A stretch of DNA of 64,000 nucleotides from an uncultured Gemmatimonadales bacterium (GCA_963701965.1 OY969695.1:4416001-4480000), one strand, 5' to 3'; numbered from the stretch's first letter, positions 30,908-41,932 are shown. Numbers and translations: made by a program. Notes: generated by a model from the letters alone, not told the origin.

Positions 30908-30967
30908 ATCCCAAGCTACCACGCGCCCCTCGCCTGCGCCCGTCACGGAGGCGTGATATGTTCCGTG

Positions 30968-31798
30968 ATGCTCGGTTCGGTCCTCGACCGGGTCGCGATC
31001 GTGCTCTACGAGCCGCAAGACCCTGTCAACATTGCCGCGACCGTGCGGGCGATGAAGAACATGGGAGTGTGCGATCTCCGGCTCGTCCGCCCCGTGACGT
31101 ACGATCCCCATCGGATCGAGGGCGTGGCCCACGACACCGCCGACCTGGTCGAGCGCATCCGGCACTATGACGATCTCGACGCCGCGTTGGCCGACTGCGT
31201 GCGCATCGCCGCCTTCACGCGGCGGCGGCGCGCCGCCAAGCGTTCGGCCGCCGACGTGCGGGACACCGCGCGGATCTTGCTCGACGCCCTGGAGCCGAGC
31301 CACGGCACGGTCGCCGCGCTCTTTGGTCGCGAGGACAGCGGCCTTCCCAATGAGGCCGTCGACCGGGCCCACCTCGTGGCCACGATTCCCACGACCGAGC
31401 ATGCCTCGCTCAACCTCGCGCAGGCCGTGCTCATCGCGCTGTACGAGTTGCACTTGGCGGCCGTGGCCCGTGGCGCGGCGACGCGGACGCTCGCGCCCCC
31501 GAAGCACGATGCCCCTCCCGCCACCGCCGCCGAGTTCGAGATGCTGTTCGCCGATGGCCAGCGGGCCTTGGCCCTGATCGACTTCTTCAAGACCCGGCAT
31601 CCCGAGCACGTCCTGCGGTCGCTCCGCTCGCTGGTGCACCGGGCCGCCCCGGATTCGCGCGAGATCGCGCTCCTGCGCGCCGCGGCGATCGAGGTGGCAC
31701 GCACGTTTGCGCGGGAAAACCGCCCGGAATCCAGCGGCGCCCTGACTTGCATTCGCGCGTCGGCCGGCGCATCATATCCGTCGTTGCGTGCCTTGTGA
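30968..31798 (+). CDS. SPOUT RNA methyltransferase, TrmH/TrmJ family
   Basis: EPQDPVNIAATVRAMKNMG...LFGREDSGL...SLNLAQAV. Confidence 0.9.
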   Translation: MLGSVLDRVAIVLYEPQDPVNIAATVRAMKNMGVCDLRLVRPVTYDPHRIEGVAHDTADLVERIRHYDDLDAALADCVRIAAFTRRRRAAKRSAADVRDTARILLDALEPSHGTVAALFGREDSGLPNEAVDRAHLVATIPTTEHASLNLAQAVLIALYELHLAAVARGAATRTLAPPKHDAPPATAAEFEMLFADGQRALALIDFFKTRHPEHVLRSLRSLVHRAAPDSREIALLRAAAIEVARTFARENRPESSGALTCIRASAGASYPSLRAL

Positions 31799-31810
31799 AA
31801 AACTTCACAA
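31793..31810. promoter_or_regulatory. Rex-type operator upstream of the alternative complex III operon
   Basis: TTGTGAA-AAAC-TTCACAA matches the Rex consensus TTGTGAA-N4-TTCACAA exactly and ends 20 nt before the actA ATG. Confidence 0.75.
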
Positions 31811-31830
31811 AGACTTGGGCGACGATATAG

Positions 31831-32616
31831 ATGACGACGGGTCGGAAGTCGTGGGCGGCAGTACCGGGTTTTATCGCGATCGCTGCGATCGCCGCGGTGT
31901 TGTCCGCGTATCAAGGCGCGACGTCGCAGGACACCGTGATCACGCACGATCCCGGTTCGCCGGGCTGGGGCTACCACGCCGGGTCATCCGCACAGGGTTA
32001 CAGCCCCGTTCAACCCATCCGCTTTCCCCATCCCAAGCACGTCAAGCTGCTGGGGATGAACTGCGTCTACTGTCACTTCTCGGCCAACAAGGCGGTCGAC
32101 GTGGGGATGCCCGCGGTCGGCACGTGCATGGGCTGTCATCTCGTGGTGGCCACGCAGAAGCCCGAGATCAAGAAGCTGACGGAATACTGGAACAAGAAAG
32201 AGCCCGTGCCGTGGGTGCGCATCCACAAGGTCCCCGAGTACGTGCACTTCCCGCACATGCGGCACGTCAACGCCGGCGTCACCTGCCAGACGTGCCATGG
32301 ACAGGTGCAGGAGATGTATCAGGTCTACCAGTACGCGTCGCTCAACATGGGCTGGTGCGTCAACTGCCACGTGAACGGCTATAGCCCGGCCGAGGGCGAC
32401 AAGGCCGCCGGCTCGGCCGTGGCGTTGGGGCCCAAGGGCGCGTCGTCGCAGGCCAACCTGACGACGAACACCGCGGCCGGCACGGCGCTGTACGAAGCCG
32501 TCGCCGCGATCGACTCCGCGTCCAAGCCGGTCACCGTGGCCATGCGGAACATCGGACCGTCGCTCAGTGAGCCGCGCCACCGCGCGCGCTACGACTGCGG
32601 CGTCTGTCACTACTAG
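31831..32616 (+). CDS. actA: Alternative complex III pentaheme cytochrome c subunit ActA
   Basis: Five CxxCH motifs; QPIRFPHPKH, WVRIHKVPEYVHFPH, LNMGWCVNCH. Confidence 0.88.
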   Translation: MTTGRKSWAAVPGFIAIAAIAAVLSAYQGATSQDTVITHDPGSPGWGYHAGSSAQGYSPVQPIRFPHPKHVKLLGMNCVYCHFSANKAVDVGMPAVGTCMGCHLVVATQKPEIKKLTEYWNKKEPVPWVRIHKVPEYVHFPHMRHVNAGVTCQTCHGQVQEMYQVYQYASLNMGWCVNCHVNGYSPAEGDKAAGSAVALGPKGASSQANLTTNTAAGTALYEAVAAIDSASKPVTVAMRNIGPSLSEPRHRARYDCGVCHY

Positions 32617-32630
32617 AGTCCAACGCCATC

Positions 32631-35628
32631 ATGACCGTCAAACGCCGCGAGTTCCTGAAGGTGGTGGGCGCCGGCGCCGCCGCCACCACCGCCGTCGGCT
32701 GCGGCACCGATCACGTGCAGCGGCTGATTCCCTACCTGGTCTCGCCGGACGAGACGGTGCCGGGCGTCTCGACGTTCTATGCGACCGCGTGCCGCGAGTG
32801 CGCCGCGGGGTGCGGGGTCATCGCCGCGACGCGCGATGGCCGGGTGATCAAGTTGGAAGGGAATCCGGCGCATCCCGTGAGCAAGGGCGCCATCTGCGCC
32901 CGTGGGCAGGCGTCCTTGCAGGGGCTCTATAACCCGGATCGGTTCAAGTCTCCCATGGTGCGGCAGGGGGACACGCTGGTACCGACGACCTGGGACAACG
33001 CGCTCAAGATCCTGTCGCAGAAGGTGGCCGACGTGCGCGCCCAGGCGCAGAACGTCGTGTTTCTGGCCGAGCACGAGACCGGCTCGTTTCCCGGCTTTCT
33101 CGACGCGTGGCTCGCGGCGCACGGCATGCCGGCCCATATCGGCATCGACACCGATGCCCCCGCCGCCGTGGTCGCGGCCAACCGTCAGAGCTACGGCGTC
33201 GCCTGGCCGTCGCTCGACTTCAGCGCCGCGAAGCTCGTCGTCTCGTTCGGGGCCGACTTCCTGGAGACATGGGGCGCCAGTGTGCCCCAGCAGTTGGCGT
33301 GGGCCGACGCCCGGGGCAAGCTGGCGGATGCTCCGAAGTTCATCTACGTCGGGCCGCGGCGTTCCCTCACGGGGCTCAATGCGGACGAGTGGATTCCGGT
33401 CAAGGCCGGCAGTGAGCTGATCGTCGCCAACGCGGTCCTCGCGCACTTGGGGCACGCGACGGGTGTCACGATCGATCAGGCGGCCACGGCCGCCGGTGTT
33501 CCGGCCACGGCGGTGCAGGCGCTGGCGGATGCGATTGGCGGCACGAAGCCCAGCCTCGTGCTCGCCGGGACGCATGGACCGGACGCGCAGGAAGTCGCGC
33601 TGGCCGTGAACGCCATCAATCAGGCGGCCGGCAACGTCGGCCAGACGGTGAAGCCGGCGGCGCCGCTGGCGTTGTTCGATCGCGGGCACGCGTTCGGCGA
33701 TCTGCATGCGGTGGCCGAGCGGATGCAATCGGGCACGGTGCCCCTCCTGTTCATCCGCGGCCTCAACCCCGCGTATGCGACGCCCAAGTCCCTGGGCTTC
33801 GCCGCCGCGATGGCGAAAGTCCCGTACAAGATCGGGTTCTCGAGCTATCCGGACGAGACGATGGAGCTGTGCGATCTCGTGTTGCCGGATCACCATCCGC
33901 TCGAGAGCTGGGGCGATGTCGAGTCGTCCGTCGGCACCGTCACGCTGCAGCAGCCGGGGATGGATCCGGTGTTCGACACGAAGCCGACGGCGGACGTGCT
34001 CATCGCCGCCGCGTCGCCGAAGATGCCGGTCGACAGCTACCGGAGTTGGTTGATCAGCCGGTTCCCGGGCGGAGCGGTCGCCTTCACCAACGCGCTCTCG
34101 GCCGGCAGCATCCCCGGCACCGTCGCCCCGCAAGCGGCGAAGCCCGTCGCCGCGAAGCAGACGGCTACCGCGGCCGCCGCGGCAGCCAAGCCAGCATCGG
34201 CGGGCGAGGGCGAGTACGACCTCATTGTATACCTGTCACCGACCGTGGGTGATGGCAGTGGGGCCAACAAGCCGTGGTTGCAGGAGCTGCCGGACCCCGT
34301 CACCAAGATCGGTGTGGCAATCCGTCGTCGAGATTCACCCTGAGACGGCCCGCAAGCTGGGCGTGGCGAACGGCGACCGCATCACGCTGCAGACGGAGCA
34401 CGGCACGATCATCTCGCCGGTTTACATGTTCATGGGCGTGCGGCCGGACAGCGTGGCGCTGGCGCTCGGGCGTGGGCACACCGCCTACGGGCGCTACGCG
34501 AAGGGCTGCGGGGTCAATGCGCTGGACCTGATCCCGGCGGCGCAGGACAACGCCGGTGGGATGGTGCTCACCGCGACGCGGTGCCGCGTGACGGTGGAGG
34601 GGTCGAACGCTCTGCTCGTTTCGACCGAGGGGTCGGCGCGCCAACACGGTCGCGGCATCGCGCGGACGATCCTGGCGGCCGACCTGGCCAAGCCGAAGGA
34701 AGAGACCGAAGAGAAGATGCCGGGCGATGCCTCACACGAGTTCCTGCCCGGACTCCGCGCGCCGGTCGCCGCCGACGCGCAGGGTGACTATGCGGATCCC
34801 AAGTCCAAGGAAAATGGGATCTACGGTCCCGACCACTGGGCGGGGATGACCAAACGCCGCTGGGCGATGACCGTCGATCTCGCGCGTTGCACCGGATGTT
34901 CGGCCTGCGTCACCGCGTGCTATGCCGAGAACAACATCCCGACCGTCGGCGGCTACTGGCAGGGGCCGGTGTTCATGCCGGACCGCGTCGGGTTCGGCGC
35001 GAACATCACGCGCGGTCGCGAGATGGCGTGGATCCGTCTCGAGCGCTACTACGAAGGCGCCGAGCACGGCGACGGGCAGTTCGATCCGACGTTCGAGACG
35101 CGGTTCGTCCCGATGATGTGCCAGCATTGCGGGAACGCGCCGTGCGAGCCTGTCTGTCCCGTGTATGCGACGTACCACGCCCCCGACGGCCTCAACGTGC
35201 AGGTCTACAACCGGTGCGTGGGCACGCGCTACTGCTCCAACAACTGCCCCTACAAGGTGCGGTACTTCAACTGGTTCGGATACGGCGAGACCAACCGGTC
35301 GCAGTACGCGTTCCCCGAGCCGCTCAACTGGCAGCTCAACCCCGACGTCACGGTGCGGGGCAAGGGCGTCATGGAGAAGTGCACGTTCTGCATCCAGCGC
35401 GTGCGCAACTCGGAGAACCGGGCGCGGTTGGAAGGGCGCTCGCTCCGCGCCGATGAGTTCACGACGGCCTGCGCGCAGGGTTGCCCGTCGCGCGCCATCA
35501 CCTTCGGCGACGCCGCGGATCCGGCGTGGTCGGTGAACAAGCACGTCGACGATCCCCGCGGTTACCACGTGTTCGAGGAATTGAACACCTTCTCGGCCGT
35601 CGTCTATCTCAAGAAGGTGACTCTGTAA
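32631..35628 (+). CDS. actB: Alternative complex III ActB (molybdopterin-oxidoreductase-like plus Fe-S domain); +1 frameshift near 34311
   Basis: Tat motif KRREFLK; NKPWLQELPDPVTKI joins VWQSVVEIHP after removing one G; Fe-S motifs CTGCSAC, CQHCGNAPCEPVCP, CVGTRYCSNNCP, KCTFC. Confidence 0.88.
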
Positions 35629-37022
35629 TGGCCACGACTGTCGCTCCGCCCCGAACGGAGACGAAGGCGCCGTACGACAACATTCCCAGTGCCGCGATCC
35701 GTCTGCCGGCGGTCACGAGCTACGAGCAGGTCGACGACGACGTCATTGCGACGCTCCAGCCGACGTGGGCGTGGTTCGGGTCCGTGCTGGTGGCGATGAC
35801 CTGCTTGGGCATCGGGATCACGGCCTGGATGTATCAGACGTACCAAGGGATGGGCGTCGCGGGATACAACCCCCCGGTCATGTGGGGGGTCTACATTGTG
35901 TCGTTCGTCTTCTGGGTCGGTATCGGCCACGCCGGCACACTGATCTCGGCGATTTTGTACCTCTTCCGCGCGGGATTCCGCACGTCGATTTATCGCGCGT
36001 CGGAAGCCATGACGGTGTTCGCGGTCATGACGGCCGGGTTGTTCCCGATCCTCCACCTGGGACGGTGGTGGAAGGCGTTCTGGCTGATCCCGTACCCGAA
36101 CTGGCGCTGGATCTGGCCGAACTTCAAGAGTCCGCTGGTGTGGGACGTGTTCGCGATTTCCACGTACCTGACGGTGTCGGCCACGTTCTTCTACATTGGA
36201 CTGATCCCGGACATTGCCGTGCTCCGCGATCGCGAAACAAACCCGATCCGCAAAGCGGTCTTCAGCCAACTCTCGCTGGGATGGCGGAATTCCGACCGGG
36301 AATGGCGGCATTTCGCGCGCGCCTATCTCTTCCTCGCCGCATTCGCCACGCCGCTCGTCCTCTCCGTGCACTCGGTCGTGTCGTTCGACTTCGCCATGGC
36401 CAACACGCCGGGCTGGCACGCCACGATCTTCCCGCCGTACTTCGTGGCCGGAGCCATTTTCTCCGGCATCGGAATGGTGTTCACGATCATCATCCCGCTC
36501 CGCAAGTATTTCAATCTCAAGCGCTACATCACGCTGAACGACCTCGACGCGGCCGCCAAGCTGTGCTTGTTCACGTCGATGGTCGTGGGGTGCGCCTACC
36601 TGACCGAGTTCTTCATGGGCTGGGTCGGAGGGAGCAACGCCGAGCAGGAGTTCTGGTGGAACCGCGTGTTCGGGCAGTGGTGGTGGGCGGCGTGGATCAT
36701 GTTGATCTGCAACTGCGTGCTGCCGCACTCGCTGTGGTCCCAGAAGCTCCGCCGCAACACGACGTGGCTCTTCATCCTGTCGTTGTTCATCAACCTCGGC
36801 ATGTGGTTCGAGCGATTCGTGATCATCGAGCCGTCCCTGTCCCACGAGTTCGAGCCGTGGCAGTGGAGTAGTTACGTGCCGACGATCATCGACTATGCGA
36901 TCCTGATCGGCAGCTTCGGTTGGTTCTTCATGTGGTTCCTGTTGTTCATCAAGCAGTTCCCGATCCTGGCGATCGCCGAGGTCAAGGAGGTCCTGCCGAT
37001 GCCGCGGCGGAGGAACCACTGA
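35628..37022 (+). CDS. actC: Alternative complex III quinol-binding subunit ActC (NrfD/PsrC family)
   Basis: FVFWVGIGHAGTLISAIL, PNFKSPLVWDVFAISTY, LVLSVHSVVSFDFA, GMWFERF. Confidence 0.93.
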   Translation: MATTVAPPRTETKAPYDNIPSAAIRLPAVTSYEQVDDDVIATLQPTWAWFGSVLVAMTCLGIGITAWMYQTYQGMGVAGYNPPVMWGVYIVSFVFWVGIGHAGTLISAILYLFRAGFRTSIYRASEAMTVFAVMTAGLFPILHLGRWWKAFWLIPYPNWRWIWPNFKSPLVWDVFAISTYLTVSATFFYIGLIPDIAVLRDRETNPIRKAVFSQLSLGWRNSDREWRHFARAYLFLAAFATPLVLSVHSVVSFDFAMANTPGWHATIFPPYFVAGAIFSGIGMVFTIIIPLRKYFNLKRYITLNDLDAAAKLCLFTSMVVGCAYLTEFFMGWVGGSNAEQEFWWNRVFGQWWWAAWIMLICNCVLPHSLWSQKLRRNTTWLFILSLFINLGMWFERFVIIEPSLSHEFEPWQWSSYVPTIIDYAILIGSFGWFFMWFLLFIKQFPILAIAEVKEVLPMPRRRNH

Positions 37023-37522
37023 TGCGTGGTGTACTGGGCCGGTTTCGCGACGTCGATGGGGCGGTCGAGGCGATCGAGGACATGAAGGGGCAACGCGTTG
37101 GCGATGTCGAGGTGTTCATGCCGACGCTGAACCACGAGATCGAGGACGCGGTGGGCGGGCCCGAGAGCCCGGTGCGCCGCTTCACGCTGATCGGCGGCTT
37201 TCTCGGGGCGACGTTCGGATACTGGGTCGCGGTGTGGACGTCGGACTATTGGCCGCTGGTGATCGGCGGCAAAGCGATCGCCACGTGGATTCCGTTCACG
37301 ATCATCGCGTTCGAGTTGATGGTGCTCATCGGCTCGCTGGCGACGGTCGCCGGCCTGTTCATCAACTCGCGCCTGCCGCACCTGACGGCGACGGTGGGGT
37401 ACGACCCGCGCTTCAGCCAAGGCGACTTCGGCATTTTCGTCGAGTGCCCGCCGGAGCGGGCGCGCGCGGTCGAGGACGCCCTGCGCCGGCACGGCGCGGT
37501 GGAGGTGCGCAGTGAGCGCTAG
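37022..37522 (+). CDS. actD: Alternative complex III ActD (DUF3341)
   Basis: WPLVIGGK...FTIIAFELMVL...YDPRFSQGDFGI. Confidence 0.88.
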   Translation: MRGVLGRFRDVDGAVEAIEDMKGQRVGDVEVFMPTLNHEIEDAVGGPESPVRRFTLIGGFLGATFGYWVAVWTSDYWPLVIGGKAIATWIPFTIIAFELMVLIGSLATVAGLFINSRLPHLTATVGYDPRFSQGDFGIFVECPPERARAVEDALRRHGAVEVRSER

Positions 37523-38227
37523 CGCCCGCCGACTGGGTGTCCGCCGGCTGGCCGCGCTGGCGATGGCCGCCACTGCGCCACGGGATGCTCCTGGTTCACG
37601 GCCTTCGTCCAGCAGCCCAAGATCGACCCGTGGGACATCCTGGGCAGCATCAAGACGCCGCAGCGCGGGAACCCGCAGACCTCCGTTCCGATCACGGGGA
37701 CGTTCGTCTCGGGCTTCCAAGTCTCGTACAGTCCGCTGCCGGGCACGATCGACTCCATGTCGTCGATCAAGAATCCGGTGACTCCGTCGGCCGCGTCGCT
37801 GGTGAACGGTCGCAAGGAATTCCAGATCAATTGCGCGGTGTGTCACGGGGACGCGGGCAAGGGCGACTCGCCCAATGCCAAGTTCGGAATCGTCAGCATC
37901 AACCTCACCACGGATCACGCGAAGGGTCTGACCGATGGCTACATCTTCGGCATGATCCGGAACGGCCGGGGGCTCATGCCGCCCTACAACCGGATCGAGG
38001 AGATGGATCGCTGGGACGTCGTCAATTACGTGCGCGGCCTGCAGGGCAAGCTCGACGCTCCGGTCCCGACCGGCCCGGTCGGATATCCGGGACAGACGGG
38101 CAATGCGCTGCCCGGGTATACGCTCACCGCACCGACGACGCAGTCGCCGTTTTACGGGGCGAACGGTCCGTCGTTCCCGGATAGCCTCCACGCCATTCAA
38201 GCGCAGGTCCCGGGGAAAGCCCCATGA
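37512..38227 (+). CDS. actE: Alternative complex III monoheme cytochrome c lipoprotein ActE; frameshift near 37573
   Basis: Signal peptide in the 37512 frame; the lipobox ATGC and QPKIDPW...CAVCHG...GRGLMPPY...DRWDVVNYVR lie in the shifted frame. Confidence 0.82.
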
Positions 38228-39544
38228 GCGCCCATTCGACTGCGGGGCCGTCGCGCGCCGACGTGTTGGCGATCGCCCAGCGCCCGGCACCGGCCGGCGC
38301 GCGCACGGCGGCCCTGGCCGCCACGGCGATCGGCGCGCTGGTCTTCATCGCGGCTCTCTTCGTCGACCCCGATCGGGCGTGGCGGGCGTTCCATTACAAC
38401 TGGTATTTCTTCGCCGCCATCTCCTCGGCGGCCGTGACCTGGGCGGCGGTTCAGCGCATCACGACGGCGCGCTGGTCGCGCCCCGTCGTGCGCTTCATGG
38501 AGGGGTACGTCGCGTTCCTGCCGGTCGCGTTCGTGTTCTTGTTGTTGATCTTGTTCGCCGGCAGCAAGCACATCTTCCCGTGGACGCACACGGCGCCGCC
38601 GAACGTCGAGCGGAAGCTGTATTTGCAACCGGCGTTCTTCATTCTGCGTGACATCGCCTGCTTCGGGATCCTGACCGGCCTCAGCCTGTGGTTCATCTAT
38701 CTGTCGGTGCGGCTGGACATCGGGGTGATTCCCGAGGCCGGCGCGGCGTGGGCCAAGGGTCTGCGCGAACGCATGCGGCGTGGGTTCGGCGAGGAACGGC
38801 GCGAGCTGCACACGACGCATTCGCGGCAGGGCGTGATCGGCGTGTTCATGGTGATCTGCTACGCGTACTTCTGGTCGGTCCTGACGTGGGAATGTCGATG
38901 ACGCTGGACATGCACTTCACCAGCACGTTGTACGGCTGGTGGAGCTTCATGACGGCCTGGCTCGGCGCCATCATGTCGATTTCGCTCCTCACGATCTGGT
39001 GGCGGAAATCCCTGGGCGCTGAGAGCTGATTGGGACGAAGCACTTTCACGATCTCGGCAAGCTGTGCTTCGCGTTCACCGCGTTCTGGGGCTATCTGACG
39101 TTCGGCCAGTACCTGGTGATCTGGTATGGGAACATGGGCGAGGAGACGCACTTCATGCGGCTGCGCCTGATCCAGCCGTGGGTGGGTCTCACCACGACGG
39201 CGGCCGCGCTCGCGTTCCTCCCGTTCTTCGGACTCATGAGCAAGGCGGCGAAGGTGTATCTGCCGACCTTCATCCTGTTCATCGCCTCGAGCCTGATGGG
39301 CACGTACCTGCAGCGGTACGCCGAGGTCTATCCGTCACTCTACGGGGTGCCGGCGCATCTCCCGTTCGGCATCTGGGAGATCGGGATCGGCCTTCTGTAT
39401 CTCGGGACGTGGGGCCTGAGCTACCTGGCGTTCATGGAGGCGTTCCCGAAGATGCGCATCGTGCTGCAGACGTCGCCGTACCGCGACGAGGTGCAGATCC
39501 CGGTGGATCCGCGGACTATGGAGCCGCTTCCGGCGCACGAGTAG
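38224..39544 (+). CDS. actF: Alternative complex III membrane subunit ActF; two frameshifts near 38892 and 39024
   Basis: ARWSRPVVR; SMTLDMHFTSTLYG; HFHDLGKLCFAFTAFWGYLTFGQYLVIWYGNMGEE, split over three frames. Confidence 0.82.
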
Positions 39545-39983
39545 TCAGCAGGCGTTCGAGCACGGGTTGCGCGACGGCGCCGGTCTGGCGCGCGACTTCT
39601 TTCCCGTGCTCGAACACGATCACGGTCGGGATCCCGCGAATGTTGAACTGCATGGCGGTGTTGGGCGCCAGGTCGGTGTTGAGCTTGCCCACCAGAGCCT
39701 GCCCCTGGTACTTGGCGGCCACGGCATCGACGCCCGGGGCCATCTGCTTGCAGGGGCCGCACCAGTCGGCGTAGAAATCGACCAGCACGGGCACTTCGCT
39801 GCCCTCGATCGTGCGGCTGAACGTGTCGTCATTCAGGGGCACCGGACGGTCGAGCAGGAGCGGCTTGGCGCATTTGCCGCATTTTGGCCGGTCGGCGGCG
39901 CGCGCCGCGTCGACGCGGTTCCAGGTCTCGCAGAACGGGCAGCGGAGCGTGACGTGTTTCGCGGTATCGATCGACGTGGTCAT
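39516..39983 (-). CDS. trxC: Thioredoxin TrxC with N-terminal zinc-binding domain
   Basis: CPFC...NRV...CGKC, then DFYADWCGPC and IRGIPT. Confidence 0.92.
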   Translation of the reverse strand: MTTSIDTAKHVTLRCPFCETWNRVDAARAADRPKCGKCAKPLLLDRPVPLNDDTFSRTIEGSEVPVLVDFYADWCGPCKQMAPGVDAVAAKYQGQALVGKLNTDLAPNTAMQFNIRGIPTVIVFEHGKEVARQTGAVAQPVLERLLTTRAPEAAP

Positions 39984-40024
39984 GGCGACTCCTCCTCACG
40001 TATATTAACCGCGACGTACGTTTG

Positions 40025-40097
40025 GGGGCGGTAGCTCAGTTGGGAGAGCACCTGGTTTGCAACCAGGGGGTCAGGGGTTCGAGCCCCCTCCGCTCCA
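40025..40097 (+). tRNA. tRNA-Ala(TGC), CCA not encoded
   Basis: Acceptor stem GGGGCGG/CCGCTCC with G3:U70, D arm AGCTCAGTTGGGAGAGC, anticodon arm CCTGG-TTTGCAA-CCAGG, T loop GTTCGAG. Confidence 0.97.
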
Positions 40098-40115
40098 TGA
40101 ACTTAGGTTTTCGGG

Positions 40116-40139
40116 GGCCTGTTTGTGGGCCCGTTTCTC
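40116..40139 (+). repeat. Tandem 12-bp repeat near the left att site (putative integrase arm-type sites)
   Basis: GGCCTGTTTGTG followed by GGCCCGTTTCTC; same unit as 45191-45214. Confidence 0.65.
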
Positions 40140-40147
40140 TCGGAAAG

Positions 40148-40310
40148 TCAGGCGCGATCGATCACGGCTACGTCGCGCACTTTCCTCGCCTCGCTGCGGT
40201 ACGGGTGCCAGAGCCCACCGTCCAACTCCGGCAATCCCGCTCGACGTTCTGCCTTCACCAGTAGTTTGGTGAACGAGTCGCGGTCCATCGGCACATCGGG
40301 ATCGCTATCC
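40148..40310 (-). pseudogene. Tyrosine recombinase/integrase catalytic-domain remnant
   Basis: PMDRDSFTKLLVKAERRAGLPELDGGLWHPYR contains an H-x-x-R box II-like motif, sits next to the att site, and lacks the rest of the enzyme. Confidence 0.65.
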
Positions 40311-40382
40311 GGGTCGGATGGAGGACAAGACGCGATGGACGATATCGTGGAACGGACTGTTGGGAGGTCCCACACCACGATG

Positions 40383-40416
40383 CAAAAATGGCCCTGGTCA
40401 GCTCGACCAGGGCCAT
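40383..40416 (-). terminator. Rho-independent terminator after the susD-like gene
   Basis: 12-bp stem ATGGCCCTGGTC/GACCAGGGCCAT with a 5-nt loop, followed by a T-run on the minus strand. Confidence 0.8.
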
Positions 40417-40445
40417 CCGGAGCCTAGCTGAGTGCTACGGGTAAA

Positions 40446-41930
40446 CTACGGACAGGTGTACGCGGTATTTTGATGCCGGACATTGGCATCCGCGAGCGGG
40501 AACGGCTCCACCGTGGCGTGGGTGTCGGGACCTTGTTTCGCAATGTGGTCCCAGGTGGTGTCGGCGACGGCTGCCATACCGTAGTCCCGAATCGCGGACA
40601 CGCGGTCACCATTTGGCTCGCCCATGGTCGACGCACGCAGCTCGTGCAGGATCTGATCGCGCACCGCCGTGTACGTGGCCGGATGAACGTCCGGCAACCC
40701 TGCGACCGCCGAGCGGACGGTGTTGATCGCCGTCACCGCTCCGGGGACATCGTTCAAGCCGAGCCGGATCTGCGCTTCGATCAGGTTTAGTTCCTCATTC
40801 CGGATCATCGGCATCGGGCTGTTCGGGGTCTGATACATACCGAACGTGTACTTCGAGGCCACGCCTGGCGAGTACGGCGTGCCCGCGATCGTGTCCGAGT
40901 TCTGGATGACCTTCGCCAGACGCTGGTCACCCGGTTCGATATCGGCAATCGCTTCCTTGAGGATATAGGTCGTCGTCAAATAGCTACCCTGAAATCCGTT
41001 GGGGACGTCGCCAGATGTGCCCGAGAATATCTCGTAGACGGCCAACCCTTCAGAGAAATCGCCCGGGGCCGGTGCCTTGAGCGCTCCGGGGTTGTACAAC
41101 GCCAATGCATGCAGCGCGCTGTCCGCGCGGTTCAACGCGGTGGCGTCGGGCGATCCTGGTGAGCCAAGTGTCGGAGGTGTGCCACCCGGCGACCTGGCGA
41201 CCGCGTATGCCAACTCGAGGTTGGCTCTTGCCGCCAACGCCCGATTGAATGCCGCGAACGACCCCGAAGTCGTGCTCGGGCTTGCCTGAGCGCTGACGGC
41301 GGCGAATCCGCTGGGCAGCGGCATCGGGAACCCGGCCGACTGATCGACGTTGAGCTGCGTCAGGCCGGAGTCGAGCAGTGCGACGATCGCCCTCCACGCG
41401 TCGCGCGAGCACAAAATCGGCGCCGGCGTGTTGGGGTCGCTGAGCGGCGCATTGAAGGGCAACCCGAGGGTGTCTTTCGTGTCTTCGGCCATCATGTATG
41501 AGTACGCTTCGATCGTGTATACGACCCCTTTCCACTTGGCTATGTCGGCCGCGGAGTAGGCCGGAGCCGCATTGGGCAGACCCTGCAGTAAGAGCTGCGA
41601 TTGGCGAACGGCGGTGAACCAGGGCGTCCAGTTCGTCGTGCCATAGAACCTCGAGTTCGAGATATCAACACCGTCGCCGCCCCACATCGTGATGAACTCG
41701 TTGTCCGTCGTCGTGAAGTTTATCGCATCCCGCGAGAAGCTCGAGAGCATCATCACCTGATTGCTCAGGGTGGCCCGGGTCAGGGACAGCACGCCGTTGA
41801 ACAGCTCATTGTACGATTCGTGGTCGGTTCCGGGCTTGACTTGGTTGAGGTTCGATACCGGATCCGTATTGCACGCGCCGGCGCCGAAGACCATCAAGCC
41901 GGCCATGATCAGGAGAGAATATTTTTTCAT
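40446..41930 (-). CDS. RagB/SusD-like nutrient-binding lipoprotein
   Basis: Lipobox AGAC; PMIRNEELNLIEAQIRLG...AINTVR...ILHELR; directly downstream of the SusC-like gene. Confidence 0.85.
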   Translation of the reverse strand: MKKYSLLIMAGLMVFGAGACNTDPVSNLNQVKPGTDHESYNELFNGVLSLTRATLSNQVMMLSSFSRDAINFTTTDNEFITMWGGDGVDISNSRFYGTTNWTPWFTAVRQSQLLLQGLPNAAPAYSAADIAKWKGVVYTIEAYSYMMAEDTKDTLGLPFNAPLSDPNTPAPILCSRDAWRAIVALLDSGLTQLNVDQSAGFPMPLPSGFAAVSAQASPSTTSGSFAAFNRALAARANLELAYAVARSPGGTPPTLGSPGSPDATALNRADSALHALALYNPGALKAPAPGDFSEGLAVYEIFSGTSGDVPNGFQGSYLTTTYILKEAIADIEPGDQRLAKVIQNSDTIAGTPYSPGVASKYTFGMYQTPNSPMPMIRNEELNLIEAQIRLGLNDVPGAVTAINTVRSAVAGLPDVHPATYTAVRDQILHELRASTMGEPNGDRVSAIRDYGMAAVADTTWDHIAKQGPDTHATVEPFPLADANVRHQNTAYTCP

Positions 41931-41932
41931 GG

